Below are positions 38,379 through 50,515 of a DNA stretch of 64,000 nucleotides, one piece after another. The stretch is from positions 10,717,637 through 10,781,636 of the forward strand of contig OZ199838.1 in the NCBI GenBank assembly GCA_964304625.1. Reading direction: 5' to 3'. The translations under genes and the position numbers were made by a program. The notes under the pieces are model-generated. The model was not told the DNA's origin, searched no databases, and saw nothing but the letters and a program-made list of their open reading frames with translations. This DNA is from Kudoa neothunni (lineage: Eukaryota; Animalia; Cnidaria). The stretch's first letter is position 1. Each line of letters starts with the position of its first letter.

Positions 38379-40599
38379 TTATAAAAACTACTCCAAAAAT
38401 TTGTTCATAATGAATAACAGAGATTTATTAGATAACTCGTTGGTTGTCACCCCTTATATCTTAGTACATGTTAAAGAATTAAAAAAATTAAAGCCAACCC
38501 ATATAATATTAGTGTCTTCTTTCTTTAAACGTACATTTATACGAACGTACTATGTAAATAGCAACAATTAACGGCCAAGAAATCTTAGTAGGTCATATAT
38601 TGACATACCATACTTTGGTATTTTAGTAGATAAAAAGTGACGTGAAGTTACATCTCATAACGAAAATCTTATTATAAAATGTTTATTTTTAGATTCTATA
38701 TCATTATTAATTTGTTAAGATGAGTAGTTTAAAAAATGCTCCAAACATGCATTACCTCTATGATTGACTAATCTTTAATTACTATAAAATCGTAAACTTG
38801 GATTTGTGACGATTACTTTATTTTAAAGTTAATTTTACTTGATAAATACTCGTAAAATATTTTTTTATGAATTAATAAATGAACGTAAATGAAAACATAA
38901 TTAAATAAGGTAAATTAAAAATTCGAATGTTTGAATTTTGGAACAAATATTGCCATAATTTTTTTTATCTAGGATAAACTACCAACAGAAATTTATAAAC
39001 TAAACAATTTATTGGAATATGCCATTATTGAATTTAAAAATCTTCATTCTAATTTTGAATAGAATAAATCAGAAAGTTCTATTTTTAAAATACGAAGTCA
39101 CAAGATTGGACCTTTACACACTTGTTACTAACAGATACAACTAAAAAAATCGATGAACAGTTATTGAATAAGAATAATTTTAAAATTATGGAAAAATATT
39201 AATTTTTTTGATGTATTTCTCAACAACATGAGGACTTCACGTGCATCCGAATGTGCTCGGCTTAAGATTTTTAGCCAACAACGGTTATTGCGCACAATAT
39301 CCATCTAATCACGCGCGCATTCAATATATAACTCAACTATTTTCTTTAAAAAAACTAATTAACATTTATTTTTTGGAAACATTGTTATGAAAGTACATTT
39401 CTATGTATATTTTACAATTTTAGATATCCTATCCATCACTGGGTAGAAATCATTCAATCCATTTGGGTCCAAGTTAAAATGTTTAGCGTATTTCTGAGAT
39501 AGCATTCTTCAGTTTCTCCGCGTTTAATACATACGTGAGGTGGTCATTTTCATCGTGATTTCATCTTATATAATCGTTCATCTTTATATTTGTTTTAATT
39601 TTTTTAACAATGATGCATTTAGATTCTATTACAGCTGAAGAACGTAATAAATTATTTTTATAAAAAAAAGGGTCTAAAAATGTTAATTTTTAATGGTGAC
39701 AAAAACATGATACTTAAATCTAAAACATGCACGTTTATCCAATATATTATTCGCTTTTTATACTTATCATTTATAATTATAGGCTTTTTTGGTGTTTAGA
39801 AACAATTTTAATTACATTACTAAAATTTTTAAATGTTTAAAATTAAACATCATTTTGAATAATCAGTAATGATGTTCTAGTTTATAAATTTTTATAGCAG
39901 TTTTCTCTTGCTAAATTTAAAATCTATTTAATTAATAATGAAAGCGTATTAAACTTTTTATTATTATATTTCTTTTATTTATGTACAATGACCACACATA
40001 TAGTTTAAAATCAATGAATCTATTCAGTTTTAAAGAACAACTTGCAATCCTGTAATAAAACCAAGATACAAGTAGGCAATCGATTTTTCGTACCTGTAAC
40101 TTTTTATTTCTCGTTTAAGCTGAAAGTTTCCGTGAAAGTAAAAATTAAATATTAGAATATCATATTTAAATTTAATTAAAAAAATCCAAATAAAGAAAAA
40201 ATGAGGAAAATACGTAAAAACTATCATTGAGGATTTTACGTACTTTTTTGAACACTTGCCTAATAAGGGAGCAGAGGATACTACCGTTCGAAATTTTAAG
40301 CACCCTACAATTTCAACATTGGATGGCATTCTTAATAAGGAAGAAATATTGAAATCCCATGAAGGTGTGATAGCTTCACCTAAAATAAAATTTGAAATAT
40401 AGTACCAACAAAGAACTTGATTCTGAGAAGTTTGAGTATATTTTTTGATGCGCTCAAATTGTTCGTGTGTGGATTCATTAATAACAGACGGTTTAAAGGG
40501 TTTTAATCAATATTCAATCTAAAATGGCAAAATTATCATGACGATTTTTGTATCGTTGACAGTGAAACAATTACAAGTGAGTTCCGATTTTATTAGGTA

Positions 40600-41250
40600 T
40601 AATAAAGGACTGCTCATCCGAATGTGTTTTTAAAATCGACCAAACTGCGCTATACTATCAGGAACACTTGCTAAAATCTTTGTTTGCATATGTTTTCATA
40701 GTTTTAGGAAAGGGTTATGTCACAACTAAGGAGAATGCCTATAACCGATTAAAAAAGAGAAAAAAAGAATAACAATTCTCTTTGGTTCTTTCATATGTAG
40801 TCAGAAACTCGATCATTTGATTATTTGACATTCTGCTAAATCGAGATGCTCCAAAAATGTAAAAAATCTTCTATTAAAATGTGAGTGCCGTGAAGAAGCA
40901 TGAATGACTGATTAATGTTTATTAAATATATAAGTGGTTTAAATAAATTTTGGAATAGAATCCAATAAAATAGTTTTTCTTCCTCAAAATACGATATGTG
41001 TTTTGAGGCCGTTAAATCAGGGTATTATCTACTCGTTCAAAGCGGCATATAAAAGAGAAATTATAAAAAAGTTCTTTGCATTCACAGAAGCTGGCTCTCA
41101 TCCAACATCCCCAGATTAGCTGAAATCTATATTTTTAACTAAAGGAGCGTGAGAGTCCATTAACAATAAGACCATTTTAAATTGTTTTAAAACTAGATTC
41201 TCTTGTGCTAACGATAAAGATACAAATAATGAAATTACGCTCCATGAACT
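40600..41250 (+). mobile_element. pogo/Tigger transposase relic
   Basis: FLPQNTICVLRPLNQGIIYSFKAAYKR and TILNCF near 40975-41190, with stops. Boundaries approximate. Confidence 0.7.
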
Positions 41251-41269
41251 AACAGAAATTGATGAGGAA

Positions 41270-42388
41270 ATCTACCGGAAACTTTTCTCTCATAAGCAAT
41301 TCCAACATATATCAAGGTCCCTCCGTTTCAATGATGGTAGTACCGGGGAATCAAGGATTCACAATAAGTTTGATTTGATTTGTGAAATTGGGACAACCTG
41401 GGCAAGCATTTTGTCACTTTGTTTTACTCCTAATGAGGATATCACGATGGATGAATAACTAGTTTCATTTCGGCAATATGTGTCCTTAAAACCAACAAAG
41501 TACGGGTTAAAGTTTTTCGTTTTAGTTGATCCTAAAGATAAATGTGTCCTAAATGTTCTACCGTACCTTGGAAAGAACGATAATAGACCAACTCGAAACT
41601 CAAGTGTTGGTGAGAGTGTTGTACTAGAGCTAACTACCCCTCTTTTCTATTCAGGTAGGAATGTTGTCGCGGACAATTTTTTTTCTTCAGTTGGATTGGC
41701 ATCCAAACTATTCGAAAAAAAAACTAAACTATCTAGTTATCATGCACCACAATAAAAAAGATATTCCTCCATGTGCTCTCCCATCAAGAAAAAGAACATT
41801 GTACAACTCAACATTAACAAAAATTGCTTACCTCATATAAATAAAAAAGGAAAATATGCGATTATCTTATCCACAGGATCCACCAATAATGCTATATCGG
41901 ATGAATCTTTTAAGAACAAACCAGAGATTATACCATGGTACAATAAGACAAATGGTGGTATTTTTGAACAAGATAGATCTATCATTGATTAATGCCTTCG
42001 CAGTATACAAAAGTGTGCTTAACGCTAAAGACTTGCAAAGGAGAATATTAGCAAAGTGAGAGGTGAATTTCGTCCTCGGTAAAATGATAAAAAACTTCTT
42101 CGAAATGTGTAAGTTGCAACAGTTTTTACTCTCCTTCATTCATCTAAAAAATGTTTCAACTGTTAGACATGTAAACTTATCGTTTATAATTTCAATATTA
42201 TTTATTTTATGTGAAATATTTTTATTCGCTTAAATGCGAGTTTTTGGATTTAGAATGCATCGAAATGGCACGATTAGTATCAGCACTAACCGGATTAATT
42301 TTAATTAACTATGTGAATTTTTGCTATTTTCTCACTCGAAATGTCTAAAAAAAATTTGGGGTCTTTTTTAGTGATTGTTAGCGAGTTA
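41270..42388 (+). mobile_element. piggyBac (PGBD4-like) transposase relic
   Basis: RSLRFND, ITMDE*LVSFR, KPTKYGLK, GRNVVADNFFSS and YNKTNGG, with frameshifts. Possible terminus GCGAG-TTAA near 42385. Confidence 0.85.
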
Positions 42389-43259
42389 ATGCGATTGGCA
42401 AATCATTTAAGTCGAAATATCCTTCTTTGACCCACACACTTTCATTAGTCACTGAAAATAGCAAATATGGGAAACAAAAAAGCCTTATTGCTGCAGCACA
42501 TCCACATAACCACCCTTTTTTCTCATATCACGAAGTATTAAATGTCTTGATAATTATCTTCCCTTTCAGTTGTTTAAGTTAAGTTCTTAAGATCATTAGT
42601 CGATCTACCATTTCTTATAATTTGTAATTTATTTTCATAATGAAATTTTGAAAACTCTTTTAGATATCCGCTATCCATATTTGAAGAGATGAAATAAGAT
42701 TAACAGAGACGCGGTCTCTTATGACAAGTACGACAATAATTAGTATTAACTTTGGGTGATATTCCCAATATAATTGTCATATAGATTATCTTATTTCAAA
42801 AATTTCCTTCAATTAAATTTAAAAAAAATGAAAAAACAGAACAATTTATTTGAATAAATAATGCACGCGCACCCGGAATATTTTAAGTAGGTCACGTGAC
42901 ACAGCGGTAGGCAATATGAATTCTCCCTACGGTCACCATTAAAAGCGCAATTATGGGCAGAGTCGATTCGTGCTTATCTTGCTACTAATACCTAGAATTT
43001 GTTGTAGCTTTATAAGAATATGTGAAAAATTAGTTAATTTTTTTTCGATTTTTGCTAAACAGGATACGCACTGCCTTCCTTACCTACTCTGATGGCACGT
43101 GCCTGATATACACGTCAGACATACAAATAGTAGTAGTTGTGCGATTACATATTCTCTCTTTTCCTTACGCACAATGAATTACAGTACAACATCCTTTAGG
43201 TTCAGTAATGAAAAATATTTAGAATTTCCCAGCATGTCAAATATGCCGTCAAAGCGTGT

Positions 43260-43745
43260 TTTTTCTTTTACAAAGTCAAACCCCTGGCGCAACTTGTTAG
43301 GTTGGAAGTTCAGGATGGTTATGTCTTCTCCATTTACGCTTTAGGCACCGCAGTGTCATATTAAGGCGACTTACGTTTATGCAGTAGTGCGGGATTTTAA
43401 CCCACTTAACAGCCTTGTTTCGGAACAACTGCCGCCCCAACCATCCCTAGACTGACCCAGAATTAGTCCGAGGAAGTCGTCTGAATGGGGCATCGGCCCT
43501 ACGGAAACCCCCTACTGGGTTGTATTTCGTTACTGTATCCCGGCTTTTATGAGCCCACAAGATCTACCTTTCCGACACGTTCCCTTCCCAGCTGCAAGCA
43601 AAGATCCACGATAAATCGTAGATCCTTACGAATACTACAGACTTACTGCTTAATTTCGGATTAGGAGCACAAAAACGCCCGGTCTAGGCATCGAACTCGT
43701 AACCTCATGGTATGTGATCTCGACCTAACACCATTATGCCATATT
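43260..43745 (-). mobile_element. tRNA-derived SINE, copy B, abutting a Gypsy RT fragment
   Basis: A box TGGCATAATGG and B box GAGTTCGATGCC on the minus strand. Colinear with 10041-10529. It interrupts RT after CVDYRKLNAITTKDSYP. Confidence 0.78.
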
Positions 43746-45113
43746 GTCATCAATGCATGGCAGGGGTAGGAATCTTTTGTTGTAATCGCGTTTAATTTCC
43801 TATAGTCGACACAACGACAAAATTTCCCGTTTTTCTTTGGTACAATCACGGCATTGAATGCCCACTGAGAGGAAGATTATGCAATAACATTATTTTTGAG
43901 CATGTCTTTTATAAGACCATTCATCACATCTCTGCGGAAGAAAGGTATTCTTCTTCTAAAATCCTTTAGGGGTTTATGATTACCAGCATCAATTTCAGCA
44001 TTTCCTAGCTTAAGAGACAATTCTGATAGCGTTTCTATCATGTGGATCATTAGCTTTCAGATAATTATTTTCGATTTGAAGTTTGAAATCCAATAGTTGC
44101 AAGGTATAAACTCCATTAACACAATCACATATCAAATTTTCGATCACAAAAAATTATTGGGAAACAATTTTATTTTCTAATTTTTAGATTTACCACTCCT
44201 TTTAATAACATAAAGCTAACACATGCTGATATTAACTTCATAGCCGTCGGTCTCATCATCTCGCATTTTATTCTCTTGCAGAACTTCCAACTAATAATAC
44301 TTGATTGAGATCCCGTACCTATCATAGCTTTTACGTGCAAATTTTGTATTATTAGCGGTAAAAATAACAAACAAGAGGCGGAATATTTCACAACTTGTTT
44401 TTTATAACAGTCCTTTATATAATGAACAAATTTACCGCAATTGAAACATTCGACCCTTTTTTTGGTTTTTCCTTCCAAAGTATCGAGTCTTTTCAGAGTG
44501 AGCTCAAAAGTATCGTCTTTTTTGTTAGCCATAACGTCCGAGATATTTTCGTCATCTTGGCCCCTCGTTGTATTCTTACGCGATGCAAATTCTAATGTCG
44601 CGACGAGTTCAAAAGTCTCTTCAAATCTAGAAGGTCCCTTCACAAGTAGATTCTTTCTTGTTTCAGCAGATAGTATCTCGTAGATGAATTGATTTTCCAA
44701 TATCTCATCGAGTTTGTTATGTTCAATTGAACCGATGGCATCTCTTCCTTTCCTTCTTACTAGTTCAGCAAATTCAGCAAGTGTTTGTCCATCCTTTTGT
44801 GAGCTGGTGAAGAATCCTCGCTGGGCCACGAAGGTATCTTTTACCTTACCGCATCTGGCTACCAAGAATTCTCTAACAACAACGTATGGTGTGCTAAGAC
44901 CATAACCACCTTCTTTAACCAAGTATCCGCTTCATGTCCGTTGAATTGTTCCACGTTCGTCATTGCGCCAGTGTTAAGTCGAGACAGCATTGTTATCAAT
45001 ATATCTATAACTACAAAGCTATTTTTATAATTGTCTTTTTGATACAGAATGTTCTAGAAGTATGTAGACCGATGATCGGTTAGTATAGAAGCTTCTAATG
45101 TACTCTATGTTAA
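43746..45113 (-). mobile_element. Decayed Ty3/Gypsy element A (LTR part, PBS, gag, protease, start of RT)
   Basis: LTR end ..TTAACA followed by PBS TGGCGC at about 44970. Gag with zinc knuckle CFNCGKFVHYIKDC, mutated protease AMIGTGS, and RT start SQWA..VIVPKKNGKFC.CVDYRKLN. Confidence 0.85.
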
Positions 45114-45880
45114 CCCATTCCGGTTCTCTGTACCTTTTAAGGCACAAGGAACATTTTAGTATTACGTAAGCAACAAGAGGTTTTATTACGATTAAATCTA
45201 ATAATTTGATATATACATAAAAAATTTAATAAATTGTATCGGTGTTTATACCGATGCATACCGTAATACAGTAACACCGGCCAAAAAATTATTACATGGT
45301 AGTCTATAGAAATTTTTTTATTTTGAAGTATGAAAGAAATCATTAATTATAAGGCGCACAACCAAGTTCCGTAAAGGGAACAGAAAACTGATCGCGTGCT
45401 TAGGATCTTATACTTAACCCGCCACGCTTGTTTTTACTTGCGCGGAAAAATGAATTTTCAGAATTTGTTTTATGCTATTAATGAGTTAGAAAACGATGAA
45501 GGTGAATATTCTCCAATAGATATTGTTAAACTGCCTCCAGATCATGATGATTTGACCGACCAAGGAGACTATACTATAACAGCAAACTCTGAAAACGTTG
45601 ATATTGCTGATATACCTGAAATATGCAGATCTGTAGAAATTTTTTCATCAACATATGAAGAAAATGATAATGTCAATGTATCTAACGTGTGGAAAAAACA
45701 TATACACACAATCCTTTAAATGGGAACGAATTAAACTCTTTTGATGCATTTAGTCATAAATTTGATGATCAATTATTGATTCACATTGTGAGACAAACTA
45801 ATCTCTATGCCCGATAAAAAAATGATCATAATTTCCACCTTCATTTAAAACAATTAAAATCGTTTATTGGTATTCTTTTA

Positions 45881-47311
45881 TAGGGGTTTCCGAGCTTTAA
45901 CAACACGTGTCTAAATTTGGAATCTAATTAGGTAGAGAATTCATACTTATAATTCAGAAAATATCAAATGAGTGGTAATAATGTAAACATAGTTGATTTG
46001 TATAATATTTATGAAATAAAAAAGATACCAGTAACGATTCTCAAATGTCACAAGGTCAATGATTATTAACCAATGTGAAAAAAAATATAGCAACTCTATA
46101 ATTGCAGAAAACGTCGGTGTACATCGCTGCACCGTTGCTTCAATTGTAAAAGCCTACCTAATTGACGGAAAGGTAGAATCTTTAAAGCGGGGTGGCGATT
46201 ATTCCACAAAGCTGACTGATGAACAAAAGTTGTTGATTAGAAATTGGGTGGATGAAGACGTAACAATTTCTCTCAAAGCCCTTCGCCTGAAATTAATTGA
46301 CGAGTGTGGAGTAAGCGTAAGTGCGAGCACTATTAACAGATGCTTGAAACAATTCCACTATTCGTTAAAAATAGTTACAATTGTCCCCGAGCGAAGGAAT
46401 TGTGAGAATACTTTAGAACAGCGCCTTGTGTATGCTCAAAATTTCAACTCAAAAATTCTTGAGATTGAAGATAAAAATTTCATTTTTATCGATGAAGTTG
46501 GGTTTAGTGTATCTACACGAACTAGAAAAGGTCGTTCCCTTGCTGGTACATCAGCTTACGTTCCTGTTGGAGGCGTTAGAACAAGGAACATATCCGTTAT
46601 AGCCTCAATGAGTAAATACGGTATGGTATTTTATAAAGTTAATCGGCGACCAGTGAATGGAGAAGATTTTAAGGAATACCTTATTGAGCTAGTAGATTTT
46701 TGTCACTCGATCGAAATAGATAATCCATGCTTCATATTGGACAACGCGAGAATTCATCATTATCATGGACTTACAGATGTGCTGAACTCTATGCAAATGA
46801 TATTGATGTACCTGCCTCCATATTCGCCATTTTTGAACCCGATCGAAAATGTGTTCAGTAAATGGAAGAACCATGTTATACGGGGCTCAGCAAGGGATGA
46901 ACCTGATCTTTTAAACCTGATAGATGATGGGTTTAAAATTGTCACTCCTGATGATTGTTCCGGATACTATCGAAAGATGCTTCGATATGTTTCCAGATGT
47001 CTCAACAAAGAAATTATTATGGAATAAATATAAATTTTATCATCTTTAAGAAGATTATATATTATATCCCTCCAATTTGACATTATTATTTTATACGCGC
47101 ATCAAAACTGCGGAATTTGTAATTAATCTTGAGTTACATCTAGTGCTGTGTTAATTTAGTAAAGTTTATTTCATTTAAGCTTAATCACGTTTATCGTTGT
47201 GTATAAAAATTTTGTTATTAATCTCGACTTGTTAAAAAAGTTCAAATTATTTCTTTTATTAGTTAATGCAGCAAACCCTGGAACCGTGTTGTTAAAGCTC
47301 GGAAAACCCTA
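45881..47311 (+). mobile_element. IS630-Tc1-mariner DD34E transposon (Gambol-like), full length
   Basis: TIRs of about 27 bp, TAGGG(G/T)TTTCCGAGCTTTAACAACACG. The TA is duplicated, and removing the element restores the piggyBac frame. Confidence 0.93.
46059..47027 (+). CDS. DD34E transposase
   Basis: Open 322-aa frame with HTH regions, FIDEVGF, ILDNARIH and YLPPYSPFLNPIE. I count 34 residues between the second D and the E. Confidence 0.93.
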   Translation: MIINQCEKKYSNSIIAENVGVHRCTVASIVKAYLIDGKVESLKRGGDYSTKLTDEQKLLIRNWVDEDVTISLKALRLKLIDECGVSVSASTINRCLKQFHYSLKIVTIVPERRNCENTLEQRLVYAQNFNSKILEIEDKNFIFIDEVGFSVSTRTRKGRSLAGTSAYVPVGGVRTRNISVIASMSKYGMVFYKVNRRPVNGEDFKEYLIELVDFCHSIEIDNPCFILDNARIHHYHGLTDVLNSMQMILMYLPPYSPFLNPIENVFSKWKNHVIRGSARDEPDLLNLIDDGFKIVTPDDCSGYYRKMLRYVSRCLNKEIIME

Positions 47312-47845
47312 TATTATCAGGATATAACAAACTTCCTCAACAACACATGTACTGGGAAACTTCTTATGACGCTGGTGTGGAGATTGTAAAAACAAGCAAG
47401 TCAATAAAAAGATTTAAGGAAATATAAAAGTTCCTTCACTTTAATGACAATTCAAAGGTGACCCTGATGATAAGCTCTTTAAAATAAGATCGATCATCAA
47501 CAAGTTAAACAAAAATTTCAAAAAATTTGGAATTTTTCGTAAGTATTTATCTATTGATGAGCAGATGATTCCTTATACAGGACATCATTCCTGCAAGATG
47601 TTTATGAAAGGCGAACCGATACGTTTAAGATTCAAAAACTGGGTGATGTCGTCGTGTGGATATGTTCACAGTTTTGAGGTTTACACGGTAAAGTCAACAA
47701 CATATGACATTAGAATCGGTCTCGATGATAGCGTTGAGAGAAATTTTTGCAAACACAGAAAAATTTTAATTACCCAGTGGAATGACACCAAACCAGTTAC
47801 TCTAATCAGCAATTTTTGTGGCGTTGATCCATTGTGTAGCGTTAA

Positions 47846-47965
47846 CCCATTCGGGTTTTGTGTGTCGTTTATGGCACAACCTGATAACTTGGTTTTTCGC
47901 TCATATAATAATTTTATTGAAAAAGTATTTTAATTATGCTTTTATTATAACAGTATAATTTTTAA
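47846..47965. mobile_element. Isolated end of a second piggyBac-type element
   Basis: TTAA-CCCATTCGGGTT interrupts the host piggyBac frame after DPLCSV. No matching other end found. Confidence 0.5.
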
Positions 47966-48244
47966 GTTGGGAAATAGATCAACCATATGCCTGTTATGTA
48001 TATGTTACCGGCAATGTATAAAAAATTAATTCCCACCAAAAAAGACGTTCGGGTCGTCGTTTTCACGTGATAATAGTCCTTTAGTTTAGGTGACGCTACG
48101 TAAGTTTGTCCTCATTGCTGTGTGTTTGTAAGACTCTCGTTGTTATGGCTAATAGATAGCGCGGACAGGGATTAGGATAATTAGTACTGGTATCACGCTG
48201 GAGTTTCAAATATTGTTTCTATTCGCGTTGCTCATACTCCACAA

Positions 48245-50515
48245 ATGGTGACAGGGGTTGAAGTTATTCCAACTTGTTTTACGATAAGACATGATAAATA
48301 TGACGTGGACTCATACCGAGTGATAACATATGGCTGTTTTAGAGAATTCACTACAAAACAGCTACTGGAGCTGTTCGTAATGTCTCTTGATGATAATCTT
48401 TTAGAACTCTATGCATCTTTCCGTCCAAGTATCCGAAATGATTATTTCAAGCTACGTCAAGCTATTGAAAAGCGCTTATTTAACAATAAGAAGACAAAAT
48501 TTGTTCACTGTGGTACGATCGATATGGCACCTGGTTCATGTGATGCTGAACGAATTGTTGTTACGATTTTCGGAAAAAGCCACAATGCACTGTTAGATAC
48601 AGGGGCAACCATGTCCATTATTCGAAACGGACTAGTTCCGGACGACATTATTGTTCCAACGACATGCTCTCTGATAATGGCTGATAACTCCGCGGCGAAA
48701 TGTTTGGGGAAAGTAACGCTTCAGCTCAGTATTTGCAATAAAAGAGTCTCTCAAACATTCATTGTATTAAATAATGCCACGGAAGACGTTATCTTGGGAA
48801 GAGACTTTATGAAACAAAATGAAATTGTCATTTCATTCTCGAGGAACCAAAACTCATTAATTGAACAAGGTTGCGGAAATTATAAATCTTTTGCGATACA
48901 AACAAATAATTTCAACAATGTTAATGAACTATTGGTTTGTTTTGATTCATGTTTCGCAAAGAACTCTTACGACTTGGGTAAAATTAGCTGTACGCAACGT
49001 GCTATTATTTGTGATGATACCCCAATTAGACAAGGTGTCAGAAGGCTCCCAGAGAGCACAAAGTCATTTGTAAAGATTGAATTAAATAAAATGTTACAAT
49101 CTGATATTATTCGGCCATCTACTAGTCCTTGGGCCAGTCCGTTAGTACTTACTAAAAAGAAGGATGGTAAGCTCCGTATTTGTGTGGACTATGTCAAACT
49201 GAATAAAATAACGAAGAAAAATGCATTCCCGATACCAAATATCTCGGAAACACTTGATCAATTGTCTGGATCTTCATATTTCTCAACTCTCGACATGAAA
49301 TCAGGATATTGGCAAATATGTTTAAATGAAGATGATAAGGTAAAAACGGCATTCACTACACCATATGGGCTTTATGAATTCAATGTCTTACCCTTTGGAT
49401 TAACGAATGCACCAGCAATCTTTCAACACACAATGCAGTCAATATTCAGAGAACTACTTGGTGTCGATTGCCTGGTATACCTGGATGATATAATTGTGTT
49501 CTCACAAACAGAAAAGGAGCATCTGTTAAAACTAGAACGTGTGCTTAGTAGAATTAAGTCGGCTGGTCTGAAAATGAATAAAGAAAAATGTCATTTTATG
49601 AAACGTTCAATAACATGCCTTGGATACATCATATCCCAGGATGGCATTAAAACAGATCCCGAGAAAGTTAACAAAATATTACATCATCCAAAACCGATGA
49701 ATGTAAAAGAGCTGCGAACTTTTATGGGGCCGGCAAACTATTACCGAAACTATATAAACGGTTTTGCCAAATTAACAGTTCCCCTTACAAAGCTCACCCA
49801 CAAAAATACAAATTTCCAGTGGAATGAAGACTGTGAAAATTCCTTCAACACATTAAAGAATTTACTAAGTTCACCACCAATTTTGGCGTTGCCAAACTTT
49901 GATGAACCATTTGAATTGGCAACCGATGCCTCGGATAATGCCATTGGAGCTGTTCTTAGTCAGAAGATAAACGGAAGGGAGCGTGCTATATGCTATGGAA
50001 GTAGACAGCTAAATCAAGCTGAACGTAATTACTCGGTCATTGAAAAGGAGTGTTTAGCGATTGTCTGGACGACAAAACTATACAGACACTACCTATATGG
50101 AAAAAAATTTAAGATATGGACCGACCATAACCCGTTGACATTTATTAATTCAATGAAAGATACTCATGGTAGAATTGCGCGTTGGAAACTTACATTGCAA
50201 CAATATGAATTTGATATAATCTACCGTCCAAATTCCAAAAATATGAACGCTGATGCCATGTCTAGAATTCCGGCTGAAGAACTAGAGAGAAACATTTCAT
50301 GTGTCTGCAATATTGGTATAGAAAATATTGACAAAGATGAATTTAAAAAACTTTACAAAGCCGACAAGAGACTGGGACCACTCGAAAAACAACTAAACAT
50401 ATCCAAAACAATTCAAACGAGCAGAGGTATATATACGATAAAAAACGGTATTATCATAGAATATGCAAGACTCCCGTTGGTCCAGTTGAACAATTGTACG
50501 TCCCTACCATATTAA
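48245..50515 (+). CDS. Gypsy truncated Gag-protease-RT-RNase H
   Basis: LLDTGA, SPWASP, RICVDY, LPFGL.NAP, YLDD, TDAS and NADAMSR. Only about 90-100 aa precede the protease. Confidence 0.93.
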   Translation: MVTGVEVIPTCFTIRHDKYDVDSYRVITYGCFREFTTKQLLELFVMSLDDNLLELYASFRPSIRNDYFKLRQAIEKRLFNNKKTKFVHCGTIDMAPGSCDAERIVVTIFGKSHNALLDTGATMSIIRNGLVPDDIIVPTTCSLIMADNSAAKCLGKVTLQLSICNKRVSQTFIVLNNATEDVILGRDFMKQNEIVISFSRNQNSLIEQGCGNYKSFAIQTNNFNNVNELLVCFDSCFAKNSYDLGKISCTQRAIICDDTPIRQGVRRLPESTKSFVKIELNKMLQSDIIRPSTSPWASPLVLTKKKDGKLRICVDYVKLNKITKKNAFPIPNISETLDQLSGSSYFSTLDMKSGYWQICLNEDDKVKTAFTTPYGLYEFNVLPFGLTNAPAIFQHTMQSIFRELLGVDCLVYLDDIIVFSQTEKEHLLKLERVLSRIKSAGLKMNKEKCHFMKRSITCLGYIISQDGIKTDPEKVNKILHHPKPMNVKELRTFMGPANYYRNYINGFAKLTVPLTKLTHKNTNFQWNEDCENSFNTLKNLLSSPPILALPNFDEPFELATDASDNAIGAVLSQKINGRERAICYGSRQLNQAERNYSVIEKECLAIVWTTKLYRHYLYGKKFKIWTDHNPLTFINSMKDTHGRIARWKLTLQQYEFDIIYRPNSKNMNADAMSRIPAEELERNISCVCNIGIENIDKDEFKKLYKADKRLGPLEKQLNISKTIQTSRGIYTIKNGIIIEYARLPLVQLNNCTSLPY

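Noticed and set aside
43400-43490. Hammerhead-like arrangement in the SINE minus strand (CCCATT-CAGACGA..CGAAAC..GTT-AAGTGGG)
   Set aside because: The core is CAGAYGA rather than CTGANGA in both copies, stem II is long and poorly paired, and the stem I/III register is inconsistent.
43670-43745. tRNA gene (also 10455-10529)
   Set aside because: A and B boxes are present, but there is no proper acceptor stem and it is joined to 400 bp of shared repeat body, so it is a SINE head.
50455-50515. Programmed frameshift between Gypsy RNase H and integrase
   Set aside because: No slippery heptamer seen, and Gypsy programmed shifts occur at gag-pol. A 1-nt indel or sequencing error is simpler.
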